From an uncultured Bacilli bacterium (GTDB taxonomy: Bacteria > Bacillota_I > Bacilli_A > RF39 > UBA660), in contig CAJTRV010000003.1 in NCBI GenBank assembly GCA_910578855.1, positions 1 to 55,444 on the forward strand: 55,444 nt of DNA, in the 5' to 3' direction. Below the pieces are notes generated by a model. It saw only the letters and a list, made by a program, of their open reading frames with translations, ran no database searches and was not told the origin of the DNA. Both the position numbers and the translations under genes were made by a program. Positions 50,326 to 55,444 of this stretch are shown piece after piece; position 1 is the stretch's first letter; each line of letters begins with the position of its first letter.

Positions 50326-51311
50326 TCGACAACCTCCAAACTAATCGCATGTGCGATACTAGGGATTGATAATTTTTGATTTACCATCGAAGGTGACATT
50401 AATGCCCCAGTGGCAACGAGAAGCACTCGTTTATATTCTCCTTTTCGCATCTTATCAAAAATATAGCTATAGGCAACTAGTGGAAGACAAGCAGGGCCAC
50501 TTCCTCCAGCATAATGTTCTTTATTATTAGGATCATAGATCATACAAGCCGAATCATCATAATGTTTTAAATTGATATTATATTCGGTCATCATATATTC
50601 TTTTAAAATTTCCTTCCCATAAATCCCCAAATCACCAGTTAAAACAAGATCATAGTAACCAATTTCCCGCTTCGTATCCATGAGATGCCGGTATATTGTC
50701 TCTGCCGCTGCTGGTGCCATCACAGCTCCCATATGGTAAGCATCTTTAATGCCCATATCTTTTACAATCCCAACAGTTCCACTGTCGACTTTAATTCCAC
50801 TTTTATGATACGTCAAGTAACTACTTGCTGCACCGGTAGCCGTAAACGTCGTCGTCTTTGGTTTCGGTCCCCCATATTCCACCGGATAACGGAATTGTTT
50901 TTCAGCGGCATTGTTATGACTTGAAGCTGTACAAATACAATTTTTAATGCTCTTCGCTTCGATCATGTTAGCAGCAATAATTAAGCCTTCCATACTTGTT
51001 GCACAGGCACTATAGATTCCCAAAAAAGGGATCCCAAGACTTGATGCTGCATAATTAGACGCTACTGTTTGATTCAACAAATCACCTGATATGTGAAGAT
51101 CAATATCAAATTTGGTTTTCCCAATCTTATTCAAGACTACATCAACACTATCTTCAATTAACTTAGACTCTGCCTGTTCCCAGGTTGGTTTCCCCATATA
51201 AAAGTTTTCATAAGTTTTATCATAATAACTATTGAATGGTCCTTTTTTTTCATAGGGACCTGCTACTGTTCCTACTTCATTGATATATACATTTTTATAT
51301 TGAAATGTCAT
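50322..51311 (-). CDS. spoVAD: Stage V sporulation protein AD
   Basis: 329 aa. Thiolase-like fold blocks (GIYSACATS, GGSGPAC). Lies between spoVAC and spoVAE. Confidence 0.88.
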   Translation of the reverse strand: MTFQYKNVYINEVGTVAGPYEKKGPFNSYYDKTYENFYMGKPTWEQAESKLIEDSVDVVLNKIGKTKFDIDLHISGDLLNQTVASNYAASSLGIPFLGIYSACATSMEGLIIAANMIEAKSIKNCICTASSHNNAAEKQFRYPVEYGGPKPKTTTFTATGAASSYLTYHKSGIKVDSGTVGIVKDMGIKDAYHMGAVMAPAAAETIYRHLMDTKREIGYYDLVLTGDLGIYGKEILKEYMMTEYNINLKHYDDSACMIYDPNNKEHYAGGSGPACLPLVAYSYIFDKMRKGEYKRVLLVATGALMSPSMVNQKLSIPSIAHAISLEVVE

Positions 51312-51314
51312 TGT

Positions 51315-51755
51315 CTAACCTCCAAATATCATAAATCTTATGAAACCAAACACATAAGCACTTACGACTCCAAAAATAATTACTGATCCAGCCAACTTTA
51401 ACATATTGGCGCCAATTCCGGTTACCATTCCCTCTTTACGATACTCTAAAGCCGCACTCATCATCGCATGGGCAAAACCAGTAATCGGAACAATAAGACC
51501 AGCCTTGGCAAAATTAACCCATTTATCAAAGAAACCGAAACAAGTGAGTAAACACCCTACAAAAATGAGTGTTATAATCATCATACCGCTCGCCTCTGTT
51601 GCGGGAATGTGAAACTGGTAAGAATAAAAATCCATTAGTAGTTGTCCAATTACACCAACCAAACCTCCAGTAATAAAAGCAAGCATTCCGTTATAAAGAC
51701 GATTTTCTTTTGGTGTATGTCGCTTTACGAGATCACCATATTTATTTTTATCCAT
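51315..51755 (-). CDS. spoVAC: Stage V sporulation protein AC
   Basis: 146 aa from MDKNKYGDLVKRHTPKE (ATG 51755 after GGTGA), 4 TM. Paralogous to SpoVAE (VPITGFAHAM versus VPITSFGHSL). Confidence 0.85.
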   Translation of the reverse strand: MDKNKYGDLVKRHTPKENRLYNGMLAFITGGLVGVIGQLLMDFYSYQFHIPATEASGMMIITLIFVGCLLTCFGFFDKWVNFAKAGLIVPITGFAHAMMSAALEYRKEGMVTGIGANMLKLAGSVIIFGVVSAYVFGFIRFMIFGG

Positions 51756-51895
51756 ATCATCACCTAGTTGTATTATGGAAATGTTTCGCAATTTTATACA
51801 AAAAAAGCAAAATAATCATTGAAATATTGACTATCCGCTCATGGTTTATGTTTCTTCAAAACGAAATATTTTACACTAATATTGGAGATGAAATT

Positions 51896-52159
51896 ATGTG
51901 TTTAAAACAAATATTGGGAAAGAATATTCGCTATTATCGCTTTAAAAATAATTATACACAGGAACATTTGGCTGAGCTATTGGATATTTCTACAACATAT
52001 ATGAGTGATATAGAATGTGGAAAACGAAACGTATCATTAGATATCATTGAACAAATTATCCAATTATTTGAAATACCATGCGATGCCTTATTTAAAAGCA
52101 ATGAGGAAGAGCTTCCAAACAAAATTACCCATTATGACAAAGAAAAAATTACCAACTAA
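51896..52159 (+). CDS. XRE-family helix-turn-helix regulator
   Basis: 87 aa from ATG 51896, 8 nt after GGAG. YTQEHLAELLDISTTYMSDIECGKRN HTH. Sits between sigF and spoVAC on the opposite strand. Confidence 0.75.
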   Translation: MCLKQILGKNIRYYRFKNNYTQEHLAELLDISTTYMSDIECGKRNVSLDIIEQIIQLFEIPCDALFKSNEEELPNKITHYDKEKITN

Positions 52160-52173
52160 TGTTGATAATTTTT

Positions 52174-52839
52174 TTAACATGTCATATAAGTCCGCAACTT
52201 TTGCATCACTTTCTGTTCTTTCCTTGAGACTTGTACTTGACTAGTTCCTAAAAGATTTGCAACTTCTGTTTGCGTTAGATCACGCATATAACGATTCATT
52301 ACCAATTGATATTCCTCATCCGTTAAATTGGTAAGTGCATCTTGAAGTAAAAGTTGCATATCAACATCCTCTACTGGAGCTGGGGTTACCTCATGAAGTG
52401 ATAACTCACTATCACCTACTCCAACTGGTTCATCGATACTATGAATCGTATGTCGTGATAACATTGCATCGACAACGATATCTTCATCAAGACCAAGCTT
52501 ATCTGCAATTTCACCTGGGCTTGGTTCTCGCATATATTCTTGGGCCAATAACAGCGTTGCTTTATCAATTTGCCAATATAATTTAGTTAGATTACGGCTC
52601 ACTTTCATTCCGCGATTTTCCCTTACATACTTACTGATCTCTCCTTTAATATGAAGATAAGCATAAGTGGTAAACTTACTATCAAAAGAAGCATTATAGT
52701 GCTGGTAGGCATGAATAAAGCCAATTTTCCCCACTTGCTTCAAATCTTCTATATCAATCCCACTATAACGATACATATTAACAATTTTATAAATTAGGTT
52801 GGCATTCTCTTCGATCAATACTTCTAAGCTCTCGTTCAT
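52174..52839 (-). CDS. sigF: Group-3 sporulation-type sigma factor (SigF-like by synteny)
   Basis: 221 aa. Region 2 FTTYAYLHIKGEISKYVREN, MKVSRNLTKL block, region 4 TQTEVANLLGTSQVQVSRKEQK. Flanked by a STAS gene upstream and spoVA downstream, as at spoIIA loci. Confidence 0.75.
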   Translation of the reverse strand: MNESLEVLIEENANLIYKIVNMYRYSGIDIEDLKQVGKIGFIHAYQHYNASFDSKFTTYAYLHIKGEISKYVRENRGMKVSRNLTKLYWQIDKATLLLAQEYMREPSPGEIADKLGLDEDIVVDAMLSRHTIHSIDEPVGVGDSELSLHEVTPAPVEDVDMQLLLQDALTNLTDEEYQLVMNRYMRDLTQTEVANLLGTSQVQVSRKEQKVMQKLRTYMTC

Positions 52840-52853
52840 ATTATTACCCCTTT

Positions 52854-53201
52854 CTATAGATGAACCTGTTCTAAAGCAGTAAGCTCATCACTCGTTTCAT
52901 ACATAAATTCTAATAAATGATGTTGTTCAATCGTTTTTTTAATATCACGATCTTTGACACCACAAACTAGGACATTTCCATTATTTTTGGTCGTAATTTG
53001 ATAATTATGATATAAGGCAGTACAGCCAGCTTGATCGATGGCTGTAAGTTCTTCTATATTAAATACCACATGAATAATTTGATAATCTTGAATGACCCTG
53101 GTCACCTCTTGATTTAGAACATGAACCGTATCCTTGGTTAATTCTCCATGTAGTCTAACAAATAAGATTCCCTTTCTAAATTCCATATCAATTTCTAGCA
53201 T
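52854..53201 (-). CDS. STAS-domain anti-sigma-factor antagonist (SpoIIAA-like) lacking the phospho-serine
   Basis: 115 aa from MLEIDMEF (ATG 53201 after AGGTGA). Aligns without gaps to B. subtilis SpoIIAA. The DSSG motif reads DQAG (53025-53036). Confidence 0.8.
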   Translation of the reverse strand: MLEIDMEFRKGILFVRLHGELTKDTVHVLNQEVTRVIQDYQIIHVVFNIEELTAIDQAGCTALYHNYQITTKNNGNVLVCGVKDRDIKKTIEQHHLLEFMYETSDELTALEQVHL

Positions 53202-53307
53202 ATTCTCACCTCTCAATTAATTTAGCACACTTATTTTTAGAATTATACAGATTCGACAAAAGTAGAATTTTATTTTCATCGACATTTTAAATGCAAAAAA
53301 AGAAACG

Positions 53308-54855
53308 CTATGAAACGTTTCCATCATCACCAACAAGTTCATCCAAATTTTGAATGCTTTCCTTGGTTTTAGAATTGGTTATAATCACAAGATCTGTCGT
53401 ATACAATTTTGTATAATTATAAATCTTATTTTCTTTAAAGTTCTTAATAAACATTGCTCTAACTTCTTTATTATATTTTGATAGATAATTTGTTCGACTC
53501 GCATATATATTAATCCTTGTTGTCTCTGTCGTCTGTGGTTGGGAAATTACATTTCCATTTTCATCATAGATATATCCATATGGTTCTAATTCAATGTTTA
53601 CTGTATTCAACTCTTTTTTATGTTGAACTTGTAATAAAATTTCATTATCTTTTAAGGTATCATCGGTAACATAAGAAACATTGTCATAATAGTTTCCATC
53701 ACCCCAATAATTAATAAAAACATCTTTAGTCGGAAAAGTTATTTTCTTTTCAGTTGTCACCACTTGATAACCCATCTTTGGCTCTTGATCATAGTAATTC
53801 ATATTAATTGCCTGATCAAAACATAAAATACCACCGACAATTCCTAAGATAATTCCAATAACATATGGATAAAAATAGATCTTCTTTTGCCGGAAAATAA
53901 CATTGAACATCATCATTTGCAAATAACCAAAGAAAGTAAGAACACCAATTAAGAGAATTAAAATACCCGGAACCATAAGACCTTTTACCATAATATATAT
54001 TGTAATAACAATCCCCACCATAATTGTTATATTAAATAAAATTAACGGAATTAACATAACCACCATTACTGCTTTAGCAATGGCTAGAAAAATATCTAAT
54101 AACGATGTTCCTTTTTGCTTCTTTACTTTTACATTCTTAGAGGAACTATCTTTAGTAGAAGGAATTGCCAAAGTTGTTTCTTGTTCTCTTGCCTTATCCT
54201 TTGTTTCGGGTTTTGATTTAGCTGCAAGAACCTCCGTTTCTTTTCGCTCAGAATCATCCTTGCCCTTCTTCTTATTAAAATATTGTTTAAACATGGCGAT
54301 AAAAATGAGTAAACAACAACCAATAAACAATACGGTCACGAATAATGACCAAATAAAAATTAAAATTTTATTAATTGGATAAATAACAACATCTAAAATA
54401 TTAGATCCAAGTTCCCGAATAAACATAAATGGCAATGATGCAATAAACATAATAATTAGGGTTGCGATTGCTTTAAACAATAATTCAAAGACAAATTCAA
54501 TCGTGATATCATCATTGTTTTCTTGGATCTCTGCAACCAACTCTTTACTAAACTCAGTCGCTTTTTTCGCGCTTTTCTTAACAAAATGATCAAAATCACT
54601 CCCAAGCTTTTTCGCACTTTCTGTCAAATCGTCGTCTTTTTTATGATAATCAGGATTCACTTTATAAGCTGATAGTATTTCTCGTGATAATTCTTCAATG
54701 CTTCCAAACTCCTCGACCGCTTCTTTTTCACTTTTTCCATGTTTTACTTTTTCCTCAATAATATCACGATATTCATTAATAATATCTTTTCGTTCCACCT
54801 CGGCTAAGACATATAAACTTTTATCTAACTCTTTTAAAAATTTATTTTTTGTCAT
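53308..54855 (-). CDS. DUF1700-domain membrane protein
   Basis: 515 aa from MTKNKFLKELDKSL, a DUF1700-like N-terminus. Two TM clusters, a Lys/Ser/Thr-rich linker and a C-terminal extracytoplasmic domain. The start overlaps the padR stop by 14 nt. Confidence 0.75.
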   Translation of the reverse strand: MTKNKFLKELDKSLYVLAEVERKDIINEYRDIIEEKVKHGKSEKEAVEEFGSIEELSREILSAYKVNPDYHKKDDDLTESAKKLGSDFDHFVKKSAKKATEFSKELVAEIQENNDDITIEFVFELLFKAIATLIIMFIASLPFMFIRELGSNILDVVIYPINKILIFIWSLFVTVLFIGCCLLIFIAMFKQYFNKKKGKDDSERKETEVLAAKSKPETKDKAREQETTLAIPSTKDSSSKNVKVKKQKGTSLLDIFLAIAKAVMVVMLIPLILFNITIMVGIVITIYIMVKGLMVPGILILLIGVLTFFGYLQMMMFNVIFRQKKIYFYPYVIGIILGIVGGILCFDQAINMNYYDQEPKMGYQVVTTEKKITFPTKDVFINYWGDGNYYDNVSYVTDDTLKDNEILLQVQHKKELNTVNIELEPYGYIYDENGNVISQPQTTETTRINIYASRTNYLSKYNKEVRAMFIKNFKENKIYNYTKLYTTDLVIITNSKTKESIQNLDELVGDDGNVS

Positions 54856-55171
54856 GCAATTCACTCTCCTTAATAAAATGATTAATTGATTCTGAAAACT
54901 CCAACCAGCTCTTTTTTAATTCATCGACTCTTTTCTTGCCCAACTCTGTAATTTTATAATATTTACGACTGGGTCCTTCACTAGATTCTACCAAATATGT
55001 CTCAAAATATTTTTCGTTGGTCAAGCGTTTTAACAATGGATAAATAGTACCATCATTAATATCGACAATATTGGATACTTCGACAATCAATTCATATCCA
55101 TAGCGGTCTTTATGATCGACGCACAAAAGAACAATTAATTCTAGTACGCCTTTCTTAAATTGTGCGTTCAT
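54842..55171 (-). CDS. PadR-family transcriptional regulator
   Basis: 109 aa. GVLELIVLLCV...RYGYEL...GTIYPLLKRL...RKYYKITELG winged-helix pattern. Confidence 0.88.
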   Translation of the reverse strand: MNAQFKKGVLELIVLLCVDHKDRYGYELIVEVSNIVDINDGTIYPLLKRLTNEKYFETYLVESSEGPSRKYYKITELGKKRVDELKKSWLEFSESINHFIKESELHDKK

Positions 55172-55329
55172 AAATCACCTCACACTACAATTGTATATTA
55201 GCTACCTAACATTGTCAAGTAGTAATTAAAAATTAATAGTCAAATATATAAAAATCCCCTTTCATAATAATTATTATTTTAAAATAGAAATTCCAAAATA
55301 AAAGAATGATATTTCTCCATTCTCTTATA

Positions 55330-55444
55330 CGTTTGACCCTATTTGAGATGACATAGATCTAAAACACACTAAGGAATTAAGAGATTCTTATGATAGTTTT
55401 AATACCATTCAAGATGACATAGATCTAAAACACACTAAGGAATT
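55330..55444 (-). CRISPR. Distal end of a CRISPR array with a type II-A-like 36-nt repeat (runs off the window)
   Basis: Minus-strand repeat GTTTTAGATCTATGTCATCTTGAATGGTATTAAAAC (55396-55431) matches the S. pyogenes repeat GTTTTAGAGCTATGCTGTTTTGAATGGTCCCAAAAC at about 27 of 36 positions. A 30-nt spacer follows (55366-55395). The degenerate terminal repeat (55330-55365) is identical for its first 20 nt, then diverges. Period is 66 nt. Only two repeats are visible. Confidence 0.65.

Noticed and set aside
55330-55365. Considered whether the degenerate repeat copy is a tracrRNA anti-repeat rather than a terminal CRISPR repeat.
   Set aside because: Its conserved 20 nt are on the same strand as the full repeat and identical to it, not complementary. 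No nexus or terminator hairpins of the kind seen in II-A tracrRNAs follow.
55346-55444. The 33-nt exact direct repeat with 66-nt period, read as a plain tandem duplication.
   Set aside because: The register shifts to a clean 36+30 architecture with a repeat about 75 percent identical to the canonical II-A repeat, so a CRISPR array is the better explanation. With only two copies visible this alternative is not fully excluded, and the confidence is lowered accordingly.
1-55444. Scanned for mobile elements, prophage genes, restriction-modification, toxin-antitoxin pairs, reverse transcriptases, cas genes, tRNA or rRNA genes, and T-box or other riboswitch-like leaders.
   Set aside because: No transposase, integrase, recombinase, nuclease-helicase pair, RT or cloverleaf-like sequence was recognisable. 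The only long untranslated leaders are upstream of rplJ (reported), rpsL and rplK.

Overview
AT-rich window (about one-third G+C by eye) from a spore-forming, low-GC Bacillota-type chromosome. The taxon cannot be fixed without a database search. All but five of the roughly 54 coding calls are on the minus strand. The backbone is housekeeping: secE-nusG-rplK-rplA-rplJ-rplL-(ybxB-like methyltransferase)-rpoB-rpoC, rpsL-rpsG-fusA-tuf, gatCAB with a camS/yerH-like lipoprotein, pyk, eno, murD, mraY and two murE paralogues. It also carries a FemAB-family transferase, a VanY-type peptidase, spoVAC-AD-AE and a sigF-like sigma factor with a STAS partner. The right edge (55330-55444) runs into a CRISPR array. 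Its 36-nt repeat closely resembles the Streptococcus pyogenes type II-A repeat. I saw no rRNA or tRNA genes, transposases, integrases, prophage genes, or recognisable restriction, toxin-antitoxin or other defence modules. Several lineage-specific insertions interrupt this conserved backbone. (1) A 6.4-kb island between rpoC and rpsL encodes two paralogous orphan proteins, a candidate 26-aa hydrophobic peptide, a lipoprotein, an XRE regulator, an 802-aa cysteine-rich secreted orphan, an NrtR-like regulator and a pseudopilin. (2) Orphan ORFs sit between nusG and rplK and between rplL and rpoB. (3) A 640-aa modular type IV pilin with a tandem domain duplication lies upstream of secE. Four prepilin-type genes occur at three loci, with no pilus assembly genes in the window. 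Other points worth a second look: a sigF locus with no spoIIAB kinase and a non-phosphorylatable STAS protein; murE paralogues with DNPR versus DDPH specificity motifs; a GH31-like protein with both catalytic aspartates apparently substituted; and a degenerate GGDEF (NGNEF) sensor. Nothing here is demonstrably a new system from sequence alone. The rpoC-rpsL island and the kinase-less sigF locus are my best candidates. All homology statements come from motif recognition by eye, not from searches.
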